Origin: Armatimonadota bacterium
GTDB lineage: Bacteria > Armatimonadota > Hebobacteria > GCA-020354555 > CP070648
NCBI GenBank assembly: GCA_020354555.1
Contig: CP070648.1
Location: forward strand, 2,544,152-2,608,151
Direction of reading: 5' to 3'
Length of the DNA stretch: 64,000 nt
The notes below the pieces were generated by a model. That model saw only the letters and a program-made list of their open reading frames with translations. It was not told the origin of the DNA and searched no databases. A program made the position numbers and the translations under genes. Within the stretch, counting starts at the first letter, position 1; every line of letters begins with the position of its first letter. Below, one piece after another: positions 27,434 through 36,623 of this stretch.

Positions 27434-28021
27434 TCAGCGGCCATAGAGGCCGACGAGTTGTGCCTGACCGAGGATATGCCCCTGCGTCGCCTTGTCTACG
27501 TCGCCCTTGCGCCCGCGGGCGGGCAGGTCGAGCTTCGCGTCGAGAGCATAGAGCCTGAAGTGATAGTGGTGCGCCGGCCCGCGCGGCGGCGATGGCCCCC
27601 CGTAGCCCGCGATGCCGAAGTCATTGAGGCCGTGCTTCGCCCCGCCGAGCTCCGGGACGGTCTCGCGTGAGGGAACGCCCTCGGGAAGCTCGGCACGGTC
27701 CGCGGGCAGATCGTAGAGCACCCAGTGAGTCCAGGTCCCGGCCGGCGCGTCGGGGTCGTCACAGATCACGGCGAGCGAGACCGTGCCCTCGGGCAGCTTA
27801 TCCCATGACAACGGCGGCGATACGTCGGCCCCGTCCGCCGTGTACTTGGCGGGGATCCTGTCGCCGTCCTTGAAAGCGCTGCTGGTCAGGCTGAAGGTCA
27901 TGGCGGTCACCTCCTCTGGAGACGGGAGCGACTGCGGTGCCGGCGCCGGGGCGCGCTGGGCGCATCCGGCGGCATAGAGGACGACAAGCACTACCGTTAC
28001 GATGGCCGAGCTGTGGCGCAT
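27434..28021 (-). CDS. YbhB/YbcL-family (PEBP, Raf-kinase-inhibitor-like) lipoprotein
   Basis: 'CDDPDAPAGTWTHWVLYDLP' and 'PPRGPAHHYHFRLYALD' are present. ATG 28021 follows GGGAGG, and the lipobox is 'LYAAGC'. Confidence 0.85.
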   Translation of the reverse strand: MRHSSAIVTVVLVVLYAAGCAQRAPAPAPQSLPSPEEVTAMTFSLTSSAFKDGDRIPAKYTADGADVSPPLSWDKLPEGTVSLAVICDDPDAPAGTWTHWVLYDLPADRAELPEGVPSRETVPELGGAKHGLNDFGIAGYGGPSPPRGPAHHYHFRLYALDAKLDLPARGRKGDVDKATQGHILGQAQLVGLYGR

Positions 28022-28326
28022 GGCTCGCCTCCCTGTACCGGATCGAGATGACAATTCGGGCCCGCTCTTGTATGCTACCATAGGGCGAAGTGGTAAGGAA
28101 GGCGTCCGGCACGGCAAGCAGTGCTGGAGTAATGTTCCCGTTGGCGGTTGCCGAGACACGCAGGGCTTGCGCCAAAGGGCGCCGCGGGGCGTTTCGGACG
28201 AGAATCCGGCCGGCACGCAGGCGCCGCGGGTCATTGCGATTGAGCGCTATCCCCGGGCAGGTATTCCATGCCGACCGACGAACAAGGCGCAGAATATGGA
28301 GATAATTTGTCCCGAAGGAGGTTCTG

Positions 28327-28716
28327 ATGTATCCGGATGACTTGGTTTATACTGAAAGTCACCAATGGGCGCGCATTGAAGGCGATATTGCGATAATCGG
28401 CATTACCGATTACGCTCAGGATCAGATGGGCGACCTCGTGTACGTTGACCTACCCGAGGTGGGGGACGAGGTGAACGGTGGTGCGCCTCTTGGGCAGGTG
28501 GAATCGGTCAAGGCGGTGAGTGACGTTGTAAGCCCCGTCAGCGGCGAGGTCACGGCGATCAATGAGGCGCTGGTGGATGAACCGGAGACTGTGAATCGCG
28601 ACCCGTACGGTGACGGATGGCTGGTGAAGGTGCGCATGAGCGATCCTACGGAAGCGGAGTCGCTGCTGGATGCGGCTGCTTACCAGGCGGTGCTCGAGAA
28701 GGAACAGTCGTCGTAA
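28327..28716 (+). CDS. gcvH: glycine cleavage system protein H
   Basis: 'YTESHQWARIEGDIAIIGITDYAQDQMGDLVYVDLPEVG...VESVKAVSDVVSPVSGEV' includes the lipoyl-Lys motif. The RBS is GAAGGAGG. Confidence 0.95.
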   Translation: MYPDDLVYTESHQWARIEGDIAIIGITDYAQDQMGDLVYVDLPEVGDEVNGGAPLGQVESVKAVSDVVSPVSGEVTAINEALVDEPETVNRDPYGDGWLVKVRMSDPTEAESLLDAAAYQAVLEKEQSS

Positions 28717-28724
28717 GATGAGAG

Positions 28725-29720
28725 GTGCGCGTGAGTAGCCGTCGCGTACCCGGCGTTGGGCGCGCGACGGCTAAGCGTCTCGGAGCGGTGGGCGTCCTAT
28801 ATGTTGTAGCGGCGGTGTTGTTGTGGAGCTGCGTCCCTCTATTAATCAAGCAAGTGGCGCCGCCGTTTGATGTCAGGTGGGTGGCGCTGCTGCGGCTCGT
28901 GATGGGCGCGGCTTTCCTGGTGGTCGCGGAGGGGCTGATCGCGGATAGGGCCTCTGCGACCGGCGCGCGAATTCGATGGCGCGGCCGGGAGCGCGTTTGG
29001 CTGGCCTTGGGCGGGGCCGGCATCGGCGGGAACTACCTTCTCTACACCCTCGGCGTTGCGCGCACTACTGCCACGGCGGCGAACCTCATCGTACAGGTCG
29101 AAGTCATCGGTCTCGCCCTGTGGGGCATACTCATCCTCAAGGAGCCGGTCACCCGCGCCAAAGGCCTCGGGATGGCCCTGTGCTTCAGCGGAGTATCTCT
29201 GGTGGCGTGGAACGGTGAAAGCCTCGCCGGTCTCGCGCAATCCCGGTATCTTGCGGGCAACCTGATAATAGCCGCAGGCGGCTTGAGCTGGTCCATCTAC
29301 GGGCTCAGCCAGAAGGTGCTGCTGCGGTCGGGCGGCGTGGCCGAGACGGTGATTCCGATACTCGTCATCGGAGCCGGCATCGCGGCGATCGCAGCGGCTT
29401 TCGCACCGCCGTTAAGCCGGCCGCCGACGGCGCTGGAACTGGCTTACCTCGGGGCGCTCGGCTTCGCCTGCACGGGAATGGGCTATCTGCTCATGGTGCG
29501 CGGGCTGCGCGTCATGGAGGCCAGCTCTGTGGCGCTGGTGAGCGCCTTGATGCCCGTGTTCACCATGATCGAAGCGCATCTGCTGCTGGGCGAGGAACTG
29601 ACGGGCTTCATTCTCGGCGGCGCCGCGCTCGTCGTCGGCGGAATCGCGCTGATGGTGGTGACCGGCGCGGGCGGGCGCCTCAAGCCTCGACGGGTGCCCT
29701 CTGAAGACGCGCCAGCGTAA
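28725..29720 (+). CDS. DMT-superfamily (EamA-like) transporter
   Basis: It has about ten predicted TM helices and duplicated EamA-like halves. The start is GTG 28725 or GTG 28731, after GAGAGG. Confidence 0.75.
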   Translation: MRVSSRRVPGVGRATAKRLGAVGVLYVVAAVLLWSCVPLLIKQVAPPFDVRWVALLRLVMGAAFLVVAEGLIADRASATGARIRWRGRERVWLALGGAGIGGNYLLYTLGVARTTATAANLIVQVEVIGLALWGILILKEPVTRAKGLGMALCFSGVSLVAWNGESLAGLAQSRYLAGNLIIAAGGLSWSIYGLSQKVLLRSGGVAETVIPILVIGAGIAAIAAAFAPPLSRPPTALELAYLGALGFACTGMGYLLMVRGLRVMEASSVALVSALMPVFTMIEAHLLLGEELTGFILGGAALVVGGIALMVVTGAGGRLKPRRVPSEDAPA

Positions 29721-29780
29721 CCGGCCGCCGCCGCCGCGTGATGGCCTGCGCGGCTGATGCCGCAGCAGCGAAGTAGCGCC

Positions 29781-31580
29781 CTAGAATCCCGCCCAGGGAG
29801 GACGTCCGTCTGCGCCGTCAGCGGGCGCCGACCGTTGCTCCGCCTCCGACGCCGCCTCGACGCGGAACTGCATGTCGTACAACTGCGCGTACACCGGGCT
29901 GGTGGCTAGCAGCGTCTGGTGATCCGCCTGCGCGACGACGCGGCCGTCTTCGAGGACGACGATGCGGTCGGCGTTCTTGATCGTCGAGAGCCGATGGGCG
30001 ACGATGAACGTGGTGCGCCCGCGCATCAGCCGCTCGAGTGCCTGGTGGATCAGGTACTCCGACTCCGCGTCCACCGACGATGTCGCCTCGTCGAGGATGA
30101 GAATGCGCGGGTCGGCGAGCACCGCGCGCGCGATGGCGATGCGCTGCTTCTGCCCGCCGGACAGCTTGATGCCGCGCTCGCCAACCTGGGTCTCATAGCC
30201 GTCGGGGAGTTCCATGATGAACTCGTGCGCGTTGGCGACCTTGGCGGCCTCCTCGATTTCGTGGTCGGTGGCGTTGAGATTGCCGTAGGCGAGATTCTCT
30301 CGCACGGTGCCGCTGAAGAGGAATGTCTCCTGCAGTACCATGGCGATGCGTGAGCGGAGCGAATCCAGCGCGGCAGTGCGGATGTCGCGGCCGTCAATCC
30401 GGATCGCGCCGCTCTCCGGGTCGTAGAAGCGCGGCAGCAAGTTGATGATGCTGGTCTTGCCCGCTCCGCTGCGCCCGACCAGCGCAATGCGCTCGCCTGG
30501 GTTGACGTGCAGGTTGATGCCCTGCAGCACCTGCTCACCGGTGGCGTAGCGGAAGTACACGTCGTCGAACGCCACCTCCCCGCGGAGGTCCTCAAAGGCC
30601 ACCGCGTCCGGCGCGTCGCGCACCTCGGTCTGCGCGTCGAAGATCTCGAAGATGCGGTCGGCCCCCGCACTGGCGCGGAGAATGACATCGTAGACCCGGA
30701 AGAGTTCCCCGACGGGTCGGTAGAACATGTCGACGTAGAGCAGCGCGGCGGCGACGGTGCCGAAGGGGAACCTGTCCTGGATGAAGAGCCAGCCGCCCAC
30801 GGTAATCACACCCACCATGCCGAGGCTGACCAGATACTCGATCTTCGGGAAGAAGCTGCTCCACAGCCGGATGCCGCGAACGTTCATGTCGTAATACTCG
30901 GTGCTCTCGCGGTCAAAGCGCTCCTGCTCAAACCCCTCGCGGGTGAAGGCCTTGATGACGCGAATGCCCGAGAGGTTATCCTGCAGACGCGCGTTGATGT
31001 CACCCAGGCGGTCGCGGATCGAGCGGTAGATGGGTCGAATGCGGAGGCTGAAGCGGTAGATGCTTACCAGCAGAATCGGGACCGGCGCGAGAATGACCAG
31101 GCCCAACTCCCATGACAGATAGCCGAAGACGATGGCCGCGGCGCCGACGAGGGTCAGGATCTGGACGATGACCGTATCCGTGCCGTGGACGACCAGATCC
31201 TCCAGCACGTTGACGTCGTTGCTGACGCGGCTCATGATTTCGCCGGTCTGCCGCGCATCGTAGTAGGTCAGCGAGAGGCGCTGCAGATGGTCGTAGAGGC
31301 GGCGGCGGATATCGAGCACGAAGCGCTGCCCAAGTACGTGCATGACGTACGTGCGGCGCGCCACAAACAAGGCGTGCACGCCGAACACGAGCACGAACGC
31401 GATCGCCATCGGCAGCAGCAGCGCGGGCTTGTGCGCCAGCAGCACATCATCAATCGTGCGCTTGATCAGCAGCGGCGGCAGGAGACCGGTGCCCGCGACA
31501 CCGATCATCAACAGGGTGCCGATGGCGACGGTACGCGTGTGCGGCCGCAATATGGGGAGCAGTCGGCGCAGGGAACCCAT
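29781..31580 (-). CDS. ABC exporter, fused permease and ATPase (MsbA/ABCB-type)
   Basis: The six-TM N-terminal half is followed by Walker A 'GRSGAGKTS', signature 'LSGGQKQR' and Walker B 'ILILDEATS'. Confidence 0.9.
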   Translation of the reverse strand: MGSLRRLLPILRPHTRTVAIGTLLMIGVAGTGLLPPLLIKRTIDDVLLAHKPALLLPMAIAFVLVFGVHALFVARRTYVMHVLGQRFVLDIRRRLYDHLQRLSLTYYDARQTGEIMSRVSNDVNVLEDLVVHGTDTVIVQILTLVGAAAIVFGYLSWELGLVILAPVPILLVSIYRFSLRIRPIYRSIRDRLGDINARLQDNLSGIRVIKAFTREGFEQERFDRESTEYYDMNVRGIRLWSSFFPKIEYLVSLGMVGVITVGGWLFIQDRFPFGTVAAALLYVDMFYRPVGELFRVYDVILRASAGADRIFEIFDAQTEVRDAPDAVAFEDLRGEVAFDDVYFRYATGEQVLQGINLHVNPGERIALVGRSGAGKTSIINLLPRFYDPESGAIRIDGRDIRTAALDSLRSRIAMVLQETFLFSGTVRENLAYGNLNATDHEIEEAAKVANAHEFIMELPDGYETQVGERGIKLSGGQKQRIAIARAVLADPRILILDEATSSVDAESEYLIHQALERLMRGRTTFIVAHRLSTIKNADRIVVLEDGRVVAQADHQTLLATSPVYAQLYDMQFRVEAASEAEQRSAPADGADGRPPWAGF

Positions 31581-31674
31581 GCGGGCGCCATCCTCCCTCG
31601 TCCGTATAGTATCCGCGTGAGCGAGGTAGTGTCAATTCGCGAAGCGGCAGGCAGATGCCCACGCGACTTGGCTG

Positions 31675-32445
31675 TTACCGGTCCTGGGTCATCGCCCTGA
31701 CACGTGCTGTCCGCCATGCGGGCAGCAGTTCGACGAGGGCGGCGGTGATTCTCCGCGCGGCCTCCTCGACCGCCTGGCGCCTCAGCGGGCCGCCGCCGTG
31801 CAGGTCGTCGAACCTGAGCGGGCGCGCGATCCTGACGCGGATCCTTGCCGGGCGGATGATGGGAGAGTGCCGGGGCAGGGCACGGTCGGTGCCATCCACT
31901 CCGATGGGCAATACCGGCACGCCCGTGCGCAGCGCGAGCATGGCGATCCCCAGTTCCGACGGCATCAGTCTCCCGTCAGGGCTGCGCGTGCCCTCCGGGA
32001 AGACCATGACCCCTTCCCCGGCCCGCAGCAGTTGCTCTGCGCGCCGCAGCGCGGCTCGGTCCGCTACACCGCGGTTGACCGGGAACGAGCCGTACTGACC
32101 AATGAGCCAGCCCAAGAAAGGGATCTCGAACAACTCGACCTTGGCCATGAAGAATATCTGGCGGTGCAGGGCCGAGCCGGCCACCGGCGGATCGAGGTAG
32201 CTGATGTGGTTCGGTGCGACGATGAACCCACCCCGCCGCGGGACATTCCTGCGTCCGGTCACCTGCCAGCGGCAGAACACGAACAGCAGCGCTCGGATTG
32301 CGCGCACGCAGACGAAATAGAGAAAACGGCGGGCAAGGCCCTTGTCCCCGGGACCGCGCTCAGTGCTGCGGCGATCTACGCCAGGGCGTGAATCTCGCGC
32401 GCCAGTTGCTGCAGTTGCTGTGATCCTTCCACTCCTTCCGCCCAC
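31675..32445 (-). CDS. plsC: 1-acyl-sn-glycerol-3-phosphate acyltransferase
   Basis: It has the 'NHISYLD' (HX4D) and 'FPEGTRS' motifs. The start is uncertain. GTG 32445 overlaps the upstream gene by 70 nt, and an internal GTG ('VRAIRALL') is an alternative. Confidence 0.8.
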   Translation of the reverse strand: MGGRSGRITATAATGARDSRPGVDRRSTERGPGDKGLARRFLYFVCVRAIRALLFVFCRWQVTGRRNVPRRGGFIVAPNHISYLDPPVAGSALHRQIFFMAKVELFEIPFLGWLIGQYGSFPVNRGVADRAALRRAEQLLRAGEGVMVFPEGTRSPDGRLMPSELGIAMLALRTGVPVLPIGVDGTDRALPRHSPIIRPARIRVRIARPLRFDDLHGGGPLRRQAVEEAARRITAALVELLPAWRTARVRAMTQDR

Positions 32446-33311
32446 GCCGGCGGAATGCCCGGCAGACCGAGGTAGGCTCCGCTCAACGCCCCGGTCACAG
32501 CGGCAATCGTATCACAATCGCCCCCGCCGTTGACGGCCAGCAGAACCGATTCCGCGAAGTCATCGGGCGTAGAGACAAAGCAGTAAACTGCCGCCGGGAC
32601 CGCTTCGACGGCGAGGCCGGAGCAACCCAACTCGTTCATCGCCAACCTCGGCGGGAGGTCGAGCACATCAGGAATGCCTCGGATCGCGGTGGTCATTCGG
32701 CGGTCGTGTTCTTCGGCGGCTGCGGCGGCATGATCCAGGAACGCAGCGACGTCGAGCGGCCCCTGTGCGAAGAGCAGGTGAGCGACCGCCGCGGCGATGG
32801 TCACGGCACCTGCGACCGCGCGCGCGTCGCGGTGGGTCATCAGGCTGGATGCCACGACGTCCTCGACGAGTCCCCCCGGGCTGCGGCAGTCCAGGAGGCC
32901 GATCACGACCGCCCTCGGGACGGGGCCGCAGCCTGCCGACTGTGATCCCGCGTCGCGCCATGCTGCGCCGCGCAGGAGCCGTTCGCACGCCTCCGCGGTG
33001 CCAGCGCCCGGTCGGCGCGGATCGCCTCCCGCCCACCACTCGCTCAGTGCTTGCGCAGCTGCATCGGCGTCAAACCGTCCGACCCTGACGATGGACTCCC
33101 CGATGGCGATGGCCATCTGCGTGTCGTCGGTGTACTGGCCCGCGCGTAAGTCGGGCGCGGGCAAGAAATCGGCGATCCTGCCCCAGCGCGCGTGGATCTC
33201 GTGCCGCGTCAGTCCCTCAGCAGGCATGCCCAGCGCGTCGCCTATCGCGAGGCCGACGAGGCACCCCACAAGACGCCCTGCATCCGGTTTGTCCGGCGTC
33301 CGATTCGACAT
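32376..33311 (-). CDS. ADP-ribosylglycohydrolase family protein
   Basis: 'GCLVGLAIGDALGMPAEG', 'YTDDTQMAIAI' and 'GGDCDTIAAVTGALSGAYLG' are present. The start is taken at ATG 33311 ('MSNRT'). Confidence 0.85.
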   Translation of the reverse strand: MSNRTPDKPDAGRLVGCLVGLAIGDALGMPAEGLTRHEIHARWGRIADFLPAPDLRAGQYTDDTQMAIAIGESIVRVGRFDADAAAQALSEWWAGGDPRRPGAGTAEACERLLRGAAWRDAGSQSAGCGPVPRAVVIGLLDCRSPGGLVEDVVASSLMTHRDARAVAGAVTIAAAVAHLLFAQGPLDVAAFLDHAAAAAEEHDRRMTTAIRGIPDVLDLPPRLAMNELGCSGLAVEAVPAAVYCFVSTPDDFAESVLLAVNGGGDCDTIAAVTGALSGAYLGLPGIPPAWAEGVEGSQQLQQLAREIHALA

Positions 33312-33452
33312 CGTGCTTCGCCGCAAGGGTTCACCGAGCGCCGCAGGTTTCCCTGCCCGCAGGTCGCGTGTCGGGGCCGGTGCGAGCTGCGTCTCCGCGT
33401 TCTTTCGCATTACACCCGGTCCGTTGCGTGCCGCGATACGAACAGACTCGCC

Positions 33453-33481
33453 TTGACCCTACAAAGCCGCCCCGCTATAAT
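33453..33481 (+). promoter_or_regulatory. sigma70-type promoter (TTGACC-17-TATAAT)
   Basis: TTGACC at 33453-33458 and TATAAT at 33476-33481, about 60 nt upstream of ATG 33542 (RBS GGAGGA). Confidence 0.6.
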
Positions 33482-33541
33482 CAGGCGACGTAGCGCCGGA
33501 GCCCCGGGGCCTTCTGGGCTGCTGGAGACTGGAGGAATCCG

Positions 33542-33958
33542 ATGAGCCAAACGACACAGGTGCTGCTCGGAATCTACCTCGTGATGTATATCGTGCTCGC
33601 CCTAGCGCTCCTTATTGCAGTCCTCTACGTGATATTCAAGGTCAAGTCGCTGATCCGCCAGATCAACGACCGCGTGAATCCCGTCATCAAGCAGGTCGAA
33701 GACGCCGTATCGAAGGTCACCGGGGCGGCGCACACAGTGGCGGATCGCGCGGAGCATATCGCGGAGACCGCGCAAACCACTGCGGATCACGTGGCCAGGC
33801 GCGTCGAGTCGACATCCGAGGTCATACGGGATACCGTGGTGCAGCCCGCCATCGGCGTCAACTCTGTGCTCACCGGAATGCGCCGGGCCGCGGAGGCCCT
33901 GCGCGATCGCTGGATGCGGCGCGCGGGCGCCGGCGGCAAGACCTCAGACGAGGGCTGA
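33542..33958 (+). CDS. small membrane-anchored protein (one N-terminal TM helix plus a helical tail; DUF948-like)
   Basis: 'VLLGIYLVMYIVLALALLIAVLYVIF' is followed by an Ala/Glu/Arg-rich helical region. The family assignment is from memory only. Confidence 0.5.
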   Translation: MSQTTQVLLGIYLVMYIVLALALLIAVLYVIFKVKSLIRQINDRVNPVIKQVEDAVSKVTGAAHTVADRAEHIAETAQTTADHVARRVESTSEVIRDTVVQPAIGVNSVLTGMRRAAEALRDRWMRRAGAGGKTSDEG

Positions 33959-33964
33959 GCGCCG

Positions 33965-34966
33965 TTGGCCTCGCATCCAAAGGGGATGATCCTGGCTGCG
34001 GGCGGCGGCACGCGCCTGTATCCCCTAACCTTTGCCACCGCCAAGCCGATGGTGCCCGTGCTCAACCGCCCGGTCATGGCGCACATCGTCGCCCTCCTGC
34101 GGCGCCACGGCGTCACCCACCTCATCGCCAACCTGCACCACCACGGCGAGCAGATCGCATCCTACTTCGGCGACGGTTCCCAGTTCGGCGTCTCCCTGGA
34201 GTACTCCCGCGAAGAGCAGATCCTCGGCACGGCCGGCGGCGCCAGGAACGTCGCAAGCTTTTTCGGCGGCGAGTCGTTTCTCGTGATCGGGGGCGATGAC
34301 CTGGCGGACTTCGACCTCACGTCGATGACGGCATTTCATCGGGAGCGGAGTGCTCTGGCAACCATAGCCGTGTCCCAGGTGGATCCGGGGCGAGTCAGCC
34401 AGTTCGGCATCGTCGTCACCGAGGACGATGGGCGGATTAAGTCGTTCGAGGAGAAGCCCCAGGCCAACGAAGCGAAGAGCCGCCTCGCCAATACCGGCGT
34501 CTACATCCTGGAACCGGAGGTGCTGGATCTCGTTCCGGCAGGCGAGTTCTTTGACTTCGGCAAGCAAGTGTTTCCGCTGCTGCTCGAGCGCGGCGCCCCG
34601 TTCTTCGCGTGGGTCGCGGCGGGGTACTGGAAGGACATCGGCAACCCGCAGGAATACCTCGAAGCAAACGTTGATTCTCTCGATGGGCGGGCGGGCATTA
34701 CCGCCGAAGGCGAGGAGATCGCACCCGGTGTATGGCGTGATGGTGCGGCGGAGATCGTCTCCGGCGCAGTCGAGGGTCCGGCGGTCCTCGGGGCGGGATG
34801 CCGGGTGGAAAGCGCCGGGCACGTGCGTCGGCCGGTCATTGGGGCTGGGGCGCGCATCCCCGGCCGAGCGCGGCTGGACGAATGTGTCGTGTGGGACGGG
34901 GTGGACGTCCCCGAAATGGCTGCCCGCAGGGCGATATTCGCCCCCGGGTGCGTGGTATGGGCATAA
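33965..34966 (+). CDS. NDP-sugar pyrophosphorylase (sugar-1-phosphate nucleotidyltransferase with a C-terminal left-handed beta-helix)
   Basis: 'MILAAGGGTRLYPLTFATAKPMVPV' is the G-x-G-T-R-L signature. The start is TTG 33965 or ATG 33986. Confidence 0.85.
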   Translation: MASHPKGMILAAGGGTRLYPLTFATAKPMVPVLNRPVMAHIVALLRRHGVTHLIANLHHHGEQIASYFGDGSQFGVSLEYSREEQILGTAGGARNVASFFGGESFLVIGGDDLADFDLTSMTAFHRERSALATIAVSQVDPGRVSQFGIVVTEDDGRIKSFEEKPQANEAKSRLANTGVYILEPEVLDLVPAGEFFDFGKQVFPLLLERGAPFFAWVAAGYWKDIGNPQEYLEANVDSLDGRAGITAEGEEIAPGVWRDGAAEIVSGAVEGPAVLGAGCRVESAGHVRRPVIGAGARIPGRARLDECVVWDGVDVPEMAARRAIFAPGCVVWA

Positions 34967-35034
34967 GGCGCTGAGGAGGCCCGACGCGCAGCCCCTGTAA
35001 TGGCCTCCTGCCGCTAGGCCGGCGGCAGCGCGAT

Positions 35035-35304
35035 CTAATGCACTACCGACGGCGGATGGGGCGGTTCGGGGATGACGCCGAAGTTCTTCTCGTAGTTGCG
35101 GACGTTCTCCTCCAGCGCGCGCACGAATGACTTCGCTACGGCCGGATGGAGCACAACGCGGGTGAGGGGCTCGGACTTATTCGGATCCGGCTGCTCGGGC
35201 GTGCTGCGCTTGAAGTCGAGCAAGAACTCCAACGGGCCGTGGGTTATCCGCGCGAAATTGGCGTAGACAACGGGGAAATCCTCGGTCGGCTCTTCATCGG
35301 GCAC
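35035..35304 (-). CDS. DUF3467-family protein
   Basis: 'VVYANFARITHGPLEFLLDF...RVVLHPAVAKSFVRALEENVRNYEKNFGVI' matches the family. GTG 35304 lies 8 nt after GGAGAG and overlaps the upstream stop by 11 nt. Confidence 0.65.
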   Translation of the reverse strand: MPDEEPTEDFPVVYANFARITHGPLEFLLDFKRSTPEQPDPNKSEPLTRVVLHPAVAKSFVRALEENVRNYEKNFGVIPEPPHPPSVVH

Positions 35305-35560
35305 TGTCACTGCTCTCCCCGGAGGCGCTTTTCTCTGCGCGCTCCTCCAGTTCAGCTTCGGCCTCCTGTGCCATGCGGCGCAGGTCGGCCCTGATCGCGG
35401 CCTCAGCGAGGGGAACGAGCGACCCCAGGAAGCCGCGTGCGGGCGCATCGAGGACGATCGGCTGCGGCTCCCCGTCCTCATCAGGAGCGAGATAGACCGA
35501 GAGGTCGCCCAGATGTCCCAAGGACAGGGGGAAATCCAGCGGGTTCTCCTCGTGCCTCAT
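35294..35560 (-). CDS. small acidic hypothetical protein (88 aa)
   Basis: The RBS is GGAGGGTG before ATG 35560. The composition looks like a real protein, and the gene is translationally coupled to the DUF3467 gene. Confidence 0.5.
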   Translation of the reverse strand: MRHEENPLDFPLSLGHLGDLSVYLAPDEDGEPQPIVLDAPARGFLGSLVPLAEAAIRADLRRMAQEAEAELEERAEKSASGESSDSAR

Positions 35561-35702
35561 CCCTCACACCCTCCATTCCGGAAAACGCTCGCCTCACCGC
35601 TAGAATTCTAGCATTTGGCTCCCCGGTTGGCAAGGGGAGAGGAGGGCGAAAGCAAACACCCATTTGCATCAGTGGGCTCGACACGCGCCGGATGAGCACG
35701 GC

Positions 35703-36623
35703 CTACGCGGCTCCACGGAAATGCTCGACTACCCGCGTCAGTCCGTCGTCCATCGGAACCTGGGCCGACCAGCCGAGGCAGCGCTCCGCCAGGCGGCAGT
35801 CCAGGTAGATCTCCCGCACCTCGCCGGGCCGTTCCGGGGCATGCCGCGCGGCGTGCTGGAAGCCGGTGAGCGCGGCCATCAAGGCGTAGAGGTCGTTGAC
35901 GGACGTCGGCCGCCCGGTGCCGATATTCACCGGTCCGGGAGGGTCAGCCTCCGTGGCGAGTATGTTTGCTCGCACCACATCGCCGACATAGACGAAGTCG
36001 CGCGTCTGCTCCCCGTTGCCGAATATCGTCGGGGCATCCCCACGCAGCATGGCATTGGCAAAGATGGCGATCACCCCCGCTTCGCCGTGGGGATCCTGGC
36101 GCGGCCCATACACGTTGGCGTAGCGCAGGATCGAGCATTTCGGCCCACCCTGCTGTTGGAAGATACGCAGGAACTGCTCGGCGGCGAACTTGTCGAGCCC
36201 GTACGGCGCGAGGGGCTTGACCGGATGGCTCTCGTCCGCAGGCAGGTATTCCGGCTCGCCGTATATCGCGCCGCCCGTGGACGAGAATATGACCCGCTCC
36301 ACGCCATGGGCTGCGCAGCGTTCCAGGACGCGAACCGTGCCGACGACATTCACTTCGATATCATGCGCCGGGTCGGCCACCGATCGGCGCACGTCAATCT
36401 GGGCCGCGTGATGATTTACGACCTGCGGCTGGTGCGCCGCGAATACCTCTTCGAGGCACGGGTCGAGAATGCTCAGCTGGTGAAAAGCCGCTGCCGGGTT
36501 GACGTTCTGGCGCGCGCCGGATGACAGGTCGTCCACGACCGCGACCTCGTGGCCGGCCTCGACATACGCGTCCACGACATGCGACCCGATGAACCCGGCG
36601 CCGCCGGTGACCAGAATCCTCAC
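35703..36623 (-). CDS. NAD-dependent epimerase/dehydratase (UDP-glucose 4-epimerase-like SDR)
   Basis: 'ILVTGGAGFIGSH' and the catalytic 'YGLDK' (YxxxK) are present. Confidence 0.9.
   Translation of the reverse strand: MRILVTGGAGFIGSHVVDAYVEAGHEVAVVDDLSSGARQNVNPAAAFHQLSILDPCLEEVFAAHQPQVVNHHAAQIDVRRSVADPAHDIEVNVVGTVRVLERCAAHGVERVIFSSTGGAIYGEPEYLPADESHPVKPLAPYGLDKFAAEQFLRIFQQQGGPKCSILRYANVYGPRQDPHGEAGVIAIFANAMLRGDAPTIFGNGEQTRDFVYVGDVVRANILATEADPPGPVNIGTGRPTSVNDLYALMAALTGFQHAARHAPERPGEVREIYLDCRLAERCLGWSAQVPMDDGLTRVVEHFRGAA

Noticed and set aside
28022-28326. A glycine riboswitch upstream of gcvH.
   Set aside because: I found no tandem aptamer-like GGAGAG...CACCG...ACCGAAGGGGCAA elements in the 305-nt divergent region. 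Such riboswitches usually precede gcvT rather than an isolated gcvH.
28240-28420. A local drop in GC around the gcvH start, as a possible sign of horizontal acquisition.
   Set aside because: The drop is confined to about 150 nt spanning the RBS and the first codons. This fits selection for weak mRNA structure at a highly expressed start, and the rest of the gene has window-typical composition.
31879-31894. A second sigma54-like match (minus strand TGGCACCGACCGTGCC).
   Set aside because: It lies inside the plsC coding sequence and departs from the consensus at three positions (7, 12 and 16). No gene start lies downstream of it, so it is most likely a chance match.
35008-35028. GC-rich hairpins between convergent genes as intrinsic terminators (35008-35028 CTGCCGC/GCGGCAG, 20575-20593 GCAGGAG/CTCCTGC, 48103-48136).
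   Set aside because: The stems are short (6-8 bp) and none has a U-tract on either strand. I did not list them as terminators.
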